Below, piece by piece: positions 1 through 13,192 of a DNA stretch of 64,000 nt. A program made the translations under genes and the position numbers. Origin of the DNA: Octopus vulgaris (lineage: Eukaryota); the NCBI GenBank assembly GCA_951406725.2, contig OX597817.1, positions 73,222,001-73,286,000 of the forward strand, in the 5' to 3' direction. Below the pieces are notes generated by a model. The model had not been told where the DNA came from, did not search any database, and saw only the letters and a list, made by a program, of their open reading frames with translations. How positions within the stretch are numbered: position 1 is the first letter of the stretch; each line of letters opens with the position of its first letter.

Positions 1-440
1 TACCCCACAACATAACCAATTAATTTCTTCAATAGAGCATGGGTACTTACTATATTATGAGCAAGAAGCAGTTAAAACTTTTGGTATTTTATTGCTTGAT
101 GGCTGTGTTCCCTTTGTATCTTACTGTGACATTAGCAGTCATACTCTGGCTGTTCTACATCAAAACCAAATCGAAGGTCAGCTTCTCAGAAAGAAGAAAA
201 ACAGAAGCGATTATACTTAAAGAGCCATAAGCAAATACCACACATTATTTTTGTTTGAAGCAGTACTGATCCTGCTATTCTTGTCAATCACTCACTCACT
301 ATCTCTCTCTCTCTCTCTCTCAATATATATGTGTGATCAACAAAACAACCTCAACATGATTGTTCATTTTGCCCAAAACAGCATCCAAATCTCCCTCAAA
401 TCACATTAGAACAACTTGGGACATTAGATAATGTAGTCCT

Positions 441-772
441 TCATCATCATCATCATCATCGTTTAACATCTGTTCTCCATGCTAGCATGGGTTGGACGGT
501 TCGACCGGGGATCTGGGAAGCCAGAAGGCTGCACCAGACTCCAGTCTGATCTGGCAGTGTTTCTACAGCTGGATGCCCTTCCTAACGCCAACCACTCCGT
601 GAGTGTAGTGGGTGCTTTTTACGTGCTACCTGCACAGGTGCCAGGCGAGGCTGGCAACAGCCACGATCAGATTGGTGCATTTTACGTGCCACCGGCATGG
701 AAGCCAGTCAAGGCGGCGCTGGCATCAGCCACGATTCGGATGGTGCTTTTTACATGCCACTGGCACGGAAGG
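441..772 (-). mobile_element. Non-autonomous retroelement family C (RTE-type 3' end, (GAT)n tail)
   Basis: (CAT)n then CCATGCTAGCATGGGTTGGACGG...GGATGCCCTTCCTAACGCCAACC; near-identical blocks at 2646-2940 and 5334-5630. Confidence 0.75.
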
Positions 773-1469
773 GTTACAGACACAAAAAAAGTTACATGAG
801 ATAACATGATAACCTAGTGTATTTTAAAAGTTGAATGAAATGTCTTTCATCTTAGGTTAATGAGGATTGACTTGATACTAAACAGCAGAAAAAAAGGAAT
901 GCAATTAACAAGAACAATCTGTCCATTGCTACCACTAACAACCCATCAACTTTTGAATAACCAGCTGGCAACTACAGTATGTCAGCACAATAGCAATATC
1001 TGTAGATACATAGGTTTTATGTCAACACAGTGGATGTGTGTGAGTAGAGTGTGGAGTTTTTATGTCTAAAGTCCAGGGTGCAAAGGAAAAAGTGTCCATA
1101 GATCTGATAACCCTTGAACTAACTGCAATCATGCAGTGCTTCCTCCCATCTCACTTCTTCACTCTTTCAACTCCTCATTTCCATACTTATGATAACAATT
1201 ATTTTGCTTTCACAAAGCAGTTCTTTCCAGGTGCAATCCTCTTTTGCTACATATTTGATGTAGATAATTTTTGATCTCTGACATTATTTGATTTAACTAC
1301 AATTCACGATGCCTGGAAAGAAACGATCAAATGGAAAACAACGTTGTAATGCAAAAAGGAACCATAAAAAGATTACACTGGATTTTAAACTTGATATAGG
1401 AGAAAAACCTTGGAAATTCTGCAATATGACAATACAGAGATAATTAAGTCAAGTTCTCAGGGTATTATT

Positions 1470-2060
1470 CAATCAGGCTGACAGAGAAGATTTCCTCTGT
1501 ACTAAGTGTAGTTAATAGCTAGAGTACTTGTAAAGTTAACTTCTTCATCTGTTTAAAAGATATCCTAAAAGAGTTGACAGCTTTTGTAACTTTGGTGACC
1601 TAATCAACAGTGGAAGCTGGTGTTCTGAAAGTATTGTAGCCAGAAGAGGAACTGGGAGGAATAAGAATAGGGAGCTATTACCTTTGTTGACAATAGAGGA
1701 GGTCCTCTCTCTAAGCAAAGGGATGATTGTATGATGCTTATAAATAAAGTGTGATGTTACATAATAGCAAAACATGCACATTGAATGTGGAGGATCTGTA
1801 AAGGCTGGTGTAAAATGAAGCAACCATGCTTCACTTTACTGGATTTGTAATGTTAGTGTGGATGTAGAAGCAAGATGAGTGATTTGAGAGAAAAATTAGG
1901 CATAAGAAGAATAAGAAACTGTGCTGATATAAACATGTGTTGTATATAAATGAGACAGCAGAGTAAAGAAATCCAAATGAAGGGAAGAAATGGTGGGAGC
2001 TGATATTAGGAATTTAAACCTTATAAAGGACTGCAGATAGTGATAAGATACTGTGCTGAG
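1470..2060 (+). mobile_element. Highly decayed RTE-like LINE fragment (post-RT region)
   Basis: Conceptual translation near 1573-1695 gives VDSFCNFGDLINSGSWCSESIVARRGTGRNKNRELLPLL, resembling the RTE 'F.YLG..I...G.....I..RI..GW..FREL' region. Confidence 0.5.
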
Positions 2061-2411
2061 GAAAGCAAACACTTACAAGCAGGGGAAAATGTACAAAATG
2101 ATGCTGATAAAGAAAAGTCAATGGTGCACATACTTCAGGAACACAGAGCTGCAAAAGCAAAATCTCACATGAAACTTTAAAAAAAAAAACAATGATGTTT
2201 ATGATTTCAGCACAAAGATAATGGGGATATACAAAAATATGACAACTACGAAAATAGGTTAATTTCTTGAAAGTGTTTTGCTCCCATGTTTCTATAGCAT
2301 TTTGATTTCCTGTTCTCCACCCAATATATATATATATGTATAGATAGATAGATAGTTAGATATAGATATATATATACATTTATATATAGATATATATATA
2401 TCTATATATAG

Positions 2412-2449
<38 letters not shown>

Positions 2450-2544
2450 TAGATACATACATACAGTTAGATATAGATATATATATACATTTATATATAG
2501 ATATATATATCTATATATAGATACATATATATATCTATATATAG

Positions 2545-2589
<45 letters not shown>

Positions 2590-2645
2590 TACATACATAC
2601 AGATAGATAGATAGATACATATATATATACATAGATAGATACATA

Positions 2646-2940
2646 TCATCATCATTTAGCATCCGCTTTCCATGCTAGCATGGGTTGGACGGTTCAACTG
2701 GGGTCTGGGAAACTAGAAGGCTGCACCAGGCCCAGTCTGATCTGGCAATGTTTCTACGGCTGGATGCCCTTCCTAACGCCAACCACTCCGTGAGTATAGT
2801 GGGTGTTTTTTATGTGCCACCAGCACAGGTGCCAGACGAGGCTGGCAAACGGCCACGATCGGATGGTGCTTTTTATGTGCCACCGGCACGAGGCCAGTTG
2901 GGGTGGTGCTGACAACAGCCACGTTTGGATGGTTCTCTTA
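2646..2940 (-). mobile_element. Family C retroelement copy
   Basis: Same sequence as 441-772, preceded by (CAT)n. Confidence 0.75.
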
Positions 2941-3576
2941 CGTAAATTCAAATTATGATGAATGTAAACAAACGAACAAAGTTTGCTTTAGAAGCATTGA
3001 GATGTCTTAGAAAGTTAAAGAAGTGATTTTAAATTCTCAAATACAGGATAATGCTAATAATATAGCCTGAACAGGATAAGCTACCCCTATTTTGCCAACA
3101 CTTCTTTCTGCAAAATAGGGGTAGCTTATCCTGTTCAGGATATATATATATATATATATATATGTAGATATAGATATATATTATACATACATACATATAT
3201 ATATATATGCACACACACACATTCATATATAAGGCACAGGCATGGTTGTGCTGTAAGAAGTTTGCTTTCCAACCACATGATTCCAGGTTTAGTCACATCG
3301 CGTGGTACTTTGAGAAAGTGTCTATAACTCAAGACCTTGTGATTGAATTTCACAGATGAAAACTGGGTGGAAGCCTATATAAATACAGCAAGACATTTAA
3401 TCTTCAGTCTGTTGCTCAACTCATTGCATATATGCATGTGTGTGTGCATTTTGTGTTTGTCTGTGCAGCTTTGTTTACAGCCAGTAACTCAGGGGTTTGT
3501 GACAAGAGATCTATAGAATAAGTATCAGCATGGCCTACAGCAATGACTAAAATATGCTAAAATTTTTTTGAATTTA

Positions 3577-3932
3577 TGGCTGTGTGGTAAGTAGCTTGTT
3601 TACCAACCACATGGTTCCGGGTTCAGTCTCACTGTGTGGTACCTTGGGCAAGTGTCTTCTACTATAGCCTTGGGCCAACCAAAGCCTTATGAGTGGATTT
3701 GGTAGACAGAAACTGAAAGAAGCCCGTCGTATATATGTATATATATATATGCGTGTGTGTGTCTGTGTTTGCCCCCTAGCATTGCTTGACAACCGATGCT
3801 GGTGTGTTTATGTCCCCGTTACTTAGCGGTTCGGCAAAAGAGACCGATAGAATAAGTCCTGGGATCGAGTTGCTTGATTAAAGGCGGTGCTCCATCATGG
3901 CCGCAGTCAAATGACTGAAACAAGTAAAAGAG
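3577..3932 (+). mobile_element. tRNA-derived SINE family A
   Basis: A-box-like TGGCTGTGTGG and B-box-like GGTTCAGTC, internal TA/TG microsatellite, conserved 3' end GACTGAAACAAGTAAAAGAG; at least 8 copies in window. Confidence 0.85.
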
Positions 3933-4767
3933 AATATATATATATATATAGCAAAAAGTGGTACATGTGTATACTTATACACACACACACAGATTGATAT
4001 ATATACGTATAAACATACACACATACAGAGAGAGAGAGAGAGATTGATAGATATACATACATATACACACACATACACATTGACTTTGTCTCACTCAATC
4101 ATCTCTTTTTGTCTCTCTAGTTACTATCATATCACATCACTCTTGCTCACTCCCACACTTTCATCTCTTTCATTTTTTATCCCTCTCTTCTTCTGTCCCT
4201 CTCTTGCCTTGCATGCCTTCATTTCTCTTTCTCTCTCCCACTTTCTCCCTCCTTCTCTTGTCCTCTTCACTATCCCTTCTCTCATAAATATATGGAAGTA
4301 ATCATAATTGAAATACCACACTTGTTGCAATTTTCCTTACAGACACTCAACTACAAAGTTTATGTTCTTACCATTATGATGAAAATTTATATTGGTGGCA
4401 TACTTCTTTCGTCACTGAAGCAATGTTGAGGTATGCGGCTATCTAACCACCCTAATCACCACCTTCCACTGTTTAGAAAAAGAGAATGAAGCTAAACAAC
4501 ATTTATTTTAACATGCTTTATGTAATGTTTAGCAAGGGTGAAGGGAATATCAGGCTGGCACTTGGGGTGAAGAGTTGTCTAGATGTCTGGTCTTCTGGTT
4601 GGCTGATCTCACTGTCTGGCTGGTTGTCTAGCTGTGTGGCTATCTAACCTTGTGGCTCTATTCAGCTGACAGGCAGTCTAGTTGTCTTGTTTAATAGCAG
4701 GGTGGATGGGTCTGTTGTATTTCTGTTAATTTATCTATTCGTTCATGTCTATCTATCTATCTATCTA

Positions 4768-4827
<60 letters not shown>

Positions 4828-4863
4828 CTCAATCTGACAGTCTATCAATCTAATCTATGTGTC

Positions 4864-5071
4864 TCTTTTACTTTTTTCAGTCATTTGACTGTGGCCATGC
4901 TGGAGCACCACCTTTAGTCGAGCAAATTGAACCCAGGACTTATTCTTTGGAAGCCTAGTACTTATTCTATCAGTCTCTTTTGCTGAACCGCTAAGTTACT
5001 GGGACGTAAACACACCGCTATCGGTTGTCAAATGATGTTAGGGGGACAAACACAGACGCACAAACATATAT

Positions 5072-5134
<63 letters not shown>

Positions 5135-5290
5135 ACAGGCTTCTTTCAGTTTCTGTCTACCAAATCCACTCACAAGGCTTTGGTCAGCCCGAGGCTATAG
5201 TAGAAGACACTTGCCCAAGGTGCCACACAGTGGGAATGAACCCAGAACCATGTGGTTGGTAAGCAAGCTACTTACCACACAGCCACTCCT
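4864..5290 (-). mobile_element. SINE family A
   Basis: Reverse complement of the family A sequence. Confidence 0.85.
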
Positions 5291-5333
5291 GTCTGTTTAT
5301 CTATCTATCTATCTGTCTGTTTATCTATATATA

Positions 5334-5630
5334 ATCATCATCATTCAACATCCATTTTTCATGCTGGCATGGGTTAGATGCTTTGACTAGAACTGGTAAG
5401 CCAGAGAGCTGCACCAGGTTCCAGTCTGATTTGGCATGGTTTCTACAGCTGGATGCCCTTAAAAATGCCAAGAACTCCAAGAGTGTAATGGGTGCTTTTT
5501 ATGTGCTACCAGCATGGGTGCCATATACATGACACTGGCACTACCGGACAACTATAATTTCATGGGTACTATCTGCATGACATTGGCAATGGCCATGATT
5601 ACAGTTTCACTTGGTTTGATGAGTCTTCTC
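5334..5630 (-). mobile_element. Family C retroelement copy (diverged)
   Basis: CATGCTGGCATGGGTTAG...TTTCTACAGCTGGATGCCCTT matches family C. Confidence 0.65.
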
Positions 5631-5941
5631 TAGCACAACATATTGCCATGGTCTCAGTCACTTGTCAATATAAAGTTTAAATCTGATATAAACTAATCCT
5701 TTCTACTAGACCCGCATTTTCAAGAAGGGAATTAAGTTGATTACACCAACCCTAGTGTTCAAATGGTACTTATTTTTTTTTTGAACCCGAAAGGATGAAG
5801 GGAAAAGTTGACCCTGGTGGTATTTAAATGCAGAATGTAGTCAGAAGAAATGCCAGTAGGCACAAGGCCAGCAATTTTGGATGAAAGGCTAGGTCAATCC
5901 CAGTGGCATTTGAACTCAGATCAAAAAGTTGGAAGAAATAC

Positions 5942-6153
5942 CTATTTCTTTACTACCCACAAGGGGCTAAACGCAGAGGGGACAAACAAGGACAGACAAA
6001 CAGATTAAGTCGATTATATCGACCCCAGTGCCTAACTGGTCCTTAATCTATCGACCCCAAAAGGATGAAAGGCAAAATTGACCTCGGCGGAATTTGAACT
6101 CAGAACGCAGCAGCAGACGAAATACCACCAAGCATTTGCCCGGCATGCTAACG
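5942..6153 (-). mobile_element. SINE family B (tRNA-like head, Nin/Deu-like central domain)
   Basis: Reverse complement contains GAGTTCAAATTCC (B-box) and GCCTTTCATCCTTT.GGGGTCGAT; more than 10 copies in window, decayed pieces also at 5700-5940. Confidence 0.8.
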
Positions 6154-6234
6154 TGGAAGAAATACCACTAAGTATTTTGTCTGGCATGGTAATAATTCTG
6201 CCAGCTCACTACCTAAATAATAATAATAACAATA

Positions 6235-6815
6235 CAAACCAGCTCCAGTGCTTGAAAATGATGATATCTCATTCCTCTGGAACTTCACCATTCAAACTGA
6301 CAGAAAGGTAGATGCAAACAGGCCAGACATCATATTGAAAGACTTCAGACAAAAATCATGCCTCCTCATTGATATGACTGTCTCAATCGATATAAATGTA
6401 TCTGTCAAGACCTACCAAAAACTGAGCAAGTATAAAGATCTTGAAATAGAAATTAGCAAAATGTGGAACCTGAAGACTAAAACAATACCTGTTGTCATAG
6501 GTGCCCTGGGAATGATAGCAAAAGGGGCTGATTGCTACTTAGCTCAGATACAAGGAAACCTCAAAATGGCTGAAATTCAAAAGATAGTGCTCATGGGAAC
6601 TGCTCATATCCTATGCAAAATACTTTCTATGTAATCTCAAGTTTTAAAACAAACACATAATTTTTTTATGGTCTCTTAAACATTCTCTAGAACAACACTA
6701 TGTACAAAACCAAATATATGGTACCCTAGGCATAACACCAACATGAACTTCCAACTTGTCTCTTGAGGTCTCTGGGTGAGACTTGTACAAATGTAAAGCA
6801 AAAGTCAAACATAAA
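6235..6815 (+). mobile_element. R4/Dong-like non-LTR retrotransposon 3' fragment (restriction-like endonuclease domain + 3' UTR)
   Basis: ORF 6248-6634 LWNFTIQTDRKVDANRPDII...LLIDM...KLSKYKDL...IPVVIGALG is a PD-(D/E)xK REL domain; flanked on both sides by (TAA)n, the target of Dong-type elements. Confidence 0.85.
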
Positions 6816-6834
6816 ATAATAATAATAATAATAA

Positions 6835-7045
6835 TGGTTTCAAATTTTGGTACAAGGCCAGCAACTTCAGGGGCAGGGTAAGTCAATTATATTGACCCTA
6901 GTGCTCAACTGGTACTTATTTTATCAACTCCAAAAGGATAAACGATAAAGTCGACTGGTGGAATTTGAAATCAGAACATGAAGATGGATGAAACACCACT
7001 AAGCATTTTTCCCAACATGCTGATGGTTCAACTAGTCTGCTGCCT
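6835..7045 (-). mobile_element. SINE family B (diverged)
   Basis: Family B body; sister copy at 7427-7655. Confidence 0.7.
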
Positions 7046-7426
7046 TGATGATGATGATGCACTTATTAGATAAAGTGCAACTCATTAACGAATGGTAGAA
7101 GTGGGGACAAAATGCAGAAATAAAGCCACGTAAAGAAACTATAATGATAGCCAGAATTATGGATTAGTACACGGCATTAAAACACAAGAAGGTAAACAAG
7201 TAAAAGAATCATAAAGAGAAAAGTGAGTATATGTCAGAAGTAGTTTTGGTAAATTTTGGGAAGGCATAGAATTCTTGAAAGATACTGTATCATAACAGTT
7301 AACAATTGTCACAGGTAGTTTATTTCATGCTCTGACGATTCATGGTGTGTAAAAATATTTCCAAAAGTGATGGGTGCTTTATTATTTTTTTATTTTTGTA
7401 GGTGTGCCAATGGTTAGTAGAGATAT

Positions 7427-7655
7427 TGGTTTCAAATTTAGGTACAAAGCCAGCAATTTCAGGAAAGGGGGTTAGTTGATCACATTGACCCCAGTGCTCA
7501 ACTGGCACTTATTTTATTGTGTGTGTGTGTGAGTGTCCACAAAAGGATGTAAGGCAAAGTCAACCCAGTGATGTCTGAACTCAGAATATAAAGAAGGATG
7601 AAATGCTGCTAAGCATTTTGCCTGGCATGCTAATGATTCTGTCAACTCACCACCT
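7427..7655 (-). mobile_element. SINE family B (diverged)
   Basis: Family B body. Confidence 0.7.
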
Positions 7656-8017
7656 TATACAATAGCAGAGGTGTTAAATTAAAAAAGTAAAGCTGGAGAG
7701 ATGGTCGATAATCTTGTAGGCTTCTAACAAGTGAACCGCTTGACATCAAAGTTGTAATGTGTCAATGCTCAGAGAAGAAAGACATTCAAGATATGGTAAG
7801 TTGCTGACACACACACACATTATCATCACAGTAAAACATCGATGATGATGATTTGTACAGGATGAACCCCATTTTTGGGGGGCTTTTACAAAGTCAGCTG
7901 CTAAACATCAAATCTTTGGTGTGTCCTGTTGTGTCTGGGGAGAGTCATTTTCTTTTTGTGCGTGATAATGTAACACACACACCGGTAAAATTTCCACTTA
8001 TTTCTTATTTTTATTTT

Positions 8018-8052
8018 CCTAAAATTTTCGTTGCGTCTTGCAACCTTTTCAC
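8018..8052 (-). ncRNA. Truncated hammerhead-like motif
   Basis: Minus strand GUGAAAA-G-GUUGC-AAGAC-GCAAC-GAAAAUUUUAGG: stem II and GAAA with palindromic stem III present; 5' core and stem I disrupted. Confidence 0.4.
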
Positions 8053-8321
8053 AGAAAAGCAAGACATTCAAGTTAAGGCAAGTGACTGATGAAAAGTATT
8101 TTTCTGGTTGCATATCTCTGAACACCTTTCACTATATTGATATTCTGAACAAGATGCAGATAGTAAGTATAGATGAACCATATGTTTAAATAGCTAACTG
8201 GAGAGTTGTTGCTAAAGGTCTTACTGAGTGGTGCTAAGAAACCTTTGGCCTTTTTTAATGATTGTAGAAGTGCAAATCATCATCATCACAGTAAAACAGT
8301 GATGATGACAAACTGATACAT

Positions 8322-8552
8322 ACCTATTTCTTTATTACCCACAAGGGGCTAAACACAGAGGGGACAAACAAGGACAGACATAGGTATTAAGTCGATTACA
8401 TCGACCCCAGTGCGTAAGTGGTACTTAATTTATTGACCCCGAACGGATGAAAGGCAAAGTCGACCTCGGCGGAATTTGAACTCACAACGTAACGCAGACA
8501 AAATACCGCTAAGCATTTCGCCCGGTGTGCTAACGTTTCTGCCAGCTCGCCA
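8322..8552 (-). mobile_element. SINE family B, near full length
   Basis: Ends ...GCTAACGTTTCTGCCAGCTCGCC, the family B head on the minus strand. Confidence 0.85.
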
Positions 8553-8611
8553 CCTGGTACATACCTGCATGTGCTGACATGGCTGTAAGGTTATTAAGTT
8601 CACTTACCAAG

Positions 8612-8990
8612 AAGTTACCATGAAATCCTCGGAACTTTCCAATCAATTTTCCCAGAAGCAGGGGAATCCCTGGAACTTTCCAGGAAGTTGAGAAACCCCT
8701 GGACCTTTCCATTAAATCCCCGTAACTTTCCAACCAATTTCCCAGGAATTTGGGGGAATCCCTGGAACTTTCCATGAAATCCTCCGAACGTTCCATGAAG
8801 TTTCCGAGCAAATTTCCAGTAAGTTAGGGAATTCTCGGAACTTTCCGAACAAATTTCCAGGAAGTTGGGGAATCCCCGGGCCTTTCCATGAAATCCTCGG
8901 AACTTTGCAGGAAGTTTCCGATCAATTTGTCAGGAAGTTATAATATCTTCGAAACTTTCGAGGAAGTTCCCTACAAATTTTTAGGAAGTA
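8612..8990. repeat. Degenerate minisatellite
   Basis: Recurring GGAACTTTCC, CCATGAAATCCTC and CCAGGAAGTTGGGGAATCCC modules. Confidence 0.75.
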
Positions 8991-9377
8991 ATGATAGTAC
9001 TGCAGCCATTCCAGAGCACCGCCTTAATGTATTTTCAATTAGGTTCTGTTGTTTCTTCTGGACTGGAAGGTGGTCTATGATTGAGTTTTCTAGCAGCTGT
9101 CCTCTGAATGCATCATCCTTGAATGGTTGACTTCTAAGGTATCGTTAAGAGTTCATCCAATAAGTTTTGGGAGGGTTTTTTTTTAATGTTTCAGTAGAAG
9201 TCTCTTTTATATTTCTTTTAATTTAGATAGGTAGTTGAACAGTTGAGGGAACTCTAAATGTCAGATTTTAGCCCATGATTACGAATGTAGTATATTTACA
9301 AGCTTTGAGTATATAAATGTTCGTGCATTAAAAATCTCTCCAGTGCTGAAGTTTGGAATATGTCCCTCCACAGTTCT

Positions 9378-9630
9378 ATATTTAAGAGATGAGGAATTAT
9401 ATACATTATTTACATTCGATGGATATTTTTCCTCATCTTGTTTGTTGTTAACACAACGTTCCCTCCAGCCTTCTTCGGGTGTCTTGGGGAAATTTCGAAC
9501 CTGTGTTCTCATTCCTAATGTATTTTTCGATGTTATTATTGTTGTTGTTAGTGTTCAGGTCACTGCTTGGAATTGAACTTGGAATCTTGGGGTTAGTAGC
9601 CCGCGCTCTTAACCACTACGCCATATGTCC
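9378..9630 (-). mobile_element. tRNA-headed SINE with hammerhead remnant in its tail
   Basis: Minus strand head GGACATATGGCGTAGTGGTTAAGAGCGCGGGCTACTAACCCCAAGATTCCAAGTTCAATTCC (A and B boxes); HHR remnant at 9451-9482. Confidence 0.6.
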
Positions 9631-9699
9631 CCCAACAACTTTCCATATGAATGCGATAGTATATATTTCTCTTGGGTTTCAAGAGACTCAGTGCTTTCA

Positions 9700-10755
9700 G
9701 ACATTCTCGGTAAATAAGACTTTTAACTGAAGGTATTTTACCAGTGAACATTCCTTGTAACCCTTCAATTTCTTCTATGAGACCGGATGAGTTAGAAGAT
9801 TAAAATTGTAAGCAGTAATATAAACTGCTCATAACTAGGGTTTTCCCTAAAAATAAAACTAACTACCGGTTTCCTTGTCATGAATGTTTGTAGGATGCAG
9901 CCTATGAGTTTGCTGCATTTAAAGGTTAGTTTGATAATATGGCTGATGGAAAATGTATCATTTGACATGATTACACCTAAGTCCTGTCTGTCCTTAGTGC
10001 TCTGAATCATTATGTTACCTTGTGTCAAGTATTGCGATTTGGGTGAATTCGTTTGTAATGAAGAAGCTGAAATTTTGATATACTAATTTTCGTATTTTTT
10101 CTAGTTTAGCTCCCTGCCATCGATATTTTTGTGTAATTCATATACGATGTATTAAAGGTAACTTAGAGAGAAATCCATTTGCAGTAATTGGTTGACTCCT
10201 ACCGTATAGGGAGTTAAAGAACCATTCTCCGACTTTTCCTGTGATACCAAGATTTCTTAAATTATGACAGATGATTCAATGATCAGTCTTGTCAAACGCC
10301 TTAACAATACCAAGGTTTTAACAGTCAATGATCATTCCTCTAAAGAAATTATTAGAGGTAGTGTTATGATGTTGTAAGAATTGTGACAGGCAACTTTGTT
10401 CAGTCCGAAACCTATACCGAGTGTCATCTAAGTTGTTTTCTTCCAGGTATATTATTACTTTTTGTCTTCGGACAAGGCATTGGATAATTTTAGATGTGTA
10501 AGACGTGAGGGAAACAGGTCTGTAATTTTTAGCTTTAGCACTGCTAACACCTTTGTACCTATATAGGTTTTATTGCAGCTTCTTTCAATAGTCTCGGGAA
10601 TATCAGTATCTGGCGAGTTTTGATATAGTACCTTTAATGATTTCATGAGGTGGTTTTGCACGTTTTTTAGCAATATAACTGGAATACTATTTGGTACAGC
10701 TGCTGAGTTTGGGTCTAAATCATTAATAGCCGCAAGTATATCAACTTCCATGATA
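9700..10755 (-). mobile_element. Old, decayed CR1-like LINE fragment
   Basis: Peptide remnants DLGVIMSND..FS.HI and ILAAINDLDPNSAAVPNSIPVILLK resemble CR1/L2 ORF2; many stops. Confidence 0.55.
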
Positions 10756-10764
10756 TTAATTTTA

Positions 10765-11930
10765 AGTTGTGTCTCTACACTTGAGTTGTGGGATCAAAGA
10801 ATTCACTTGGATTATGCACGGGGCTGCGATACGGATTATGCATGGGGCTGCGATACGGACAGAGAATGCAGCCTTCTGCCTGTTGAAACGAAAGTGTCGG
10901 GGATAGAGTTTGCGATCATGCCCATGAAGACCTCTATCTGGCGCAGGGGTGAATATCTCCGCAGATGGTAGGTTTACATGTCTGTTGAAGATGTTGGAAG
11001 TCGGATGAGATTTCCCTGCATCCTCCGTCATTTGAGTGAAGGCAATGCCAGCTGTTGGATATGTTCCTCTTATGCAAGCTTAGACAAGCCCGCTCCCATT
11101 TGGGTGGCCAAGTGCTGAACTCGTTCCAGGTGCTGAATGTCTTTCTGAAAATATGGGTTTGAGGTATGCATGCAATATTCGAGGATGGGTTGAACTAGAG
11201 TGATATATACAGGCCAAAAGACTCCATTGAAGGGTTGGCAAAGGATCGGTGGATGAGGAAAAGATTCCTTCTGGCTTTGTTTGCCGCCTCGATACCCTGC
11301 CGTGGTAGTTTGAAAGTAGTATCGATCCTTATGCCGAGATCCTTTTCTTCAGTGACCATCTTAAGATATTGATGTTTGTGGCCAATAGTCAAGGGAGAGT
11401 TTGGAGGTGAACCTATTGGCAAATAGCTGCATTTTAAGGCGTTCAAGTTCAGATTCCATTCTTCCGCCCAATTCCAAGCTCGGTTCAGCGACGATTGGAG
11501 TATGTCGTATTGATTCCTAGGTGAGACAAGTTTGACGTCGTCTGCAAATAGGAGAACTCTTCCATCAAGAAAATCTGGCAGGTCGTTGATATAGAGAAGG
11601 AAAAGTATTGGCCCCAGCACCGACCCCTGGGGAACACCGCTGCATGCATTCATCTCCGCGGAGAGTTCTCCATTTATCTGCACCCAAAAGGTTCGATTGC
11701 TAAGGAAGTAAGAAATCCACAAAGTCAGCAATAGATGAATCTTGAATGCTCGAAGTTTGCACAAGAGAAGTCAGTGATTAACTGAGTCAAACGCCTTTGC
11801 CAAGTCCAAAAATACCACGCCCACCAAGTCTTTTTCATCCATGGTCCTTGTAATCCATTCTTCAAGAAGGAGAAGATTTGTTAGGCAAGATCTTCAGGGT
11901 AGAAATCCATGCTGCGAGTCGGATATTTCT
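10765..11930 (-). mobile_element. CR1-like LINE 3' portion (reverse transcriptase pseudogene)
   Basis: SGVPQGSVLGPILFLLYINDLP...LLFADDVKL...KDLGI (11195-11764); upstream QHGFLP.RSCLTNLL and VVFLDLAKAFDSVNH; C-terminal GLHGHDRKL...AFSVRI. Confidence 0.9.
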
Positions 11931-13137
11931 TTGTACCATATACAGATAATTGTATAATATTTTGGTTGGAAATAGCTGTGGGAATGACCTGAACATTGTG
12001 AATAAAAACAAAGTCGAGTATGTTATTTTCCCCTAATTGGATGGGTAGTGATTTGTTGTATGGGAAAGTCTTTTGTTGTAAAAGGGTTCATATCCCTCCA
12101 CTTCAGTTGCTTAGTTCCAGGCTGGATATAATCCTCGGACTAGCTAAGATTAGTAAAATTAAAGACCCCTGTTAAAAGTATATTAGCTTGTGTGCTGGCC
12201 TCAGCTAGGGTCAGACTTATGAGCAAAATATAGCACCTCTGAAGTGATCTTCGTGGTTAACCGCATTAGGATGGCTGTAGGTAATGCTTTTAATATAATT
12301 TCCTTTTTATATAAATTAGTCCGAAATTGTCCAATACATTTCTTTGCAAATTAGGTAATTTCGGGGTTGGTCTGCAATCATTTATAGTTAAATGTTTCCT
12401 TTCAAAATCTTTTTTTATTATTAAGCTGGACTAGTATTTCGAATGAGCAATAAGTATCAAAGCATTTAACAATGAGCATAAAATATCAAAGATAAAAATA
12501 AATCATTTTGTTCCCTTGTCAAACTTTGGACCTAACAACCTAAACGAGAAAACCGATATGACTGAAAGAATTTTTAAAGGGCTTTTATTTTTAGGCTGAC
12601 GTCAAACAGTCGAATCCATTCAACCATGTCGTCAGTCTTTAGCAACATCAACTTCAAAGAACTTGAGAGAGGTGACAGACTGAGAGAGGACAAGAACCTT
12701 CACACATTTTCAGCATTGCAAGATTTTGGAATTATTTTTGTCAGAATAGAGCTGTCTTCACGAATCCAAGTAATGCTATGGATTGAAGAGTAGCCATAGA
12801 TGCTGGTCATATTATTGTTCTTGTTGTTTGCTGCTACTGTTGTTGTCACATACTTTTTATTTTGACGCTACTTTACTTCAGAAGTTGGTTAGTCATAAAT
12901 TCCCTTGGGAATTTTAAGCCCAGCTTCATCACTTTTATTTATTTATTTTTGTTCTTTGCTTTTGCTTTGAAAGGAAATCTAGCTTCAAGCATCTTATACA
13001 GATAAGTTTTTAGACACTATTTTCTGAAACTGGTAAAATTATGTAGGGGGTGCAAATTTTGATATTGCACCACCTGAAAATTCCAAGGGGTGCAGGTGCA
13101 CCCGCTGCACCCCTGTTCCCAGGCCCTTGCACACACA

Positions 13138-13192
<55 letters not shown>

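Noticed and set aside
2-230. Two overlapping open frames at the window start
   Set aside because: No recognisable homology; the minus-strand GTAAGT donor at 50 has stops in all upstream frames tried
4343-4430. Possible plus-strand exon (TTTTCCTTACAG...GAG|GTATGC)
   Set aside because: One frame is open but the peptide is unrecognisable and no compatible partner exon was found
9555-9630. Possible tRNA gene
   Set aside because: Acceptor stem does not close properly; interpreted as a SINE head
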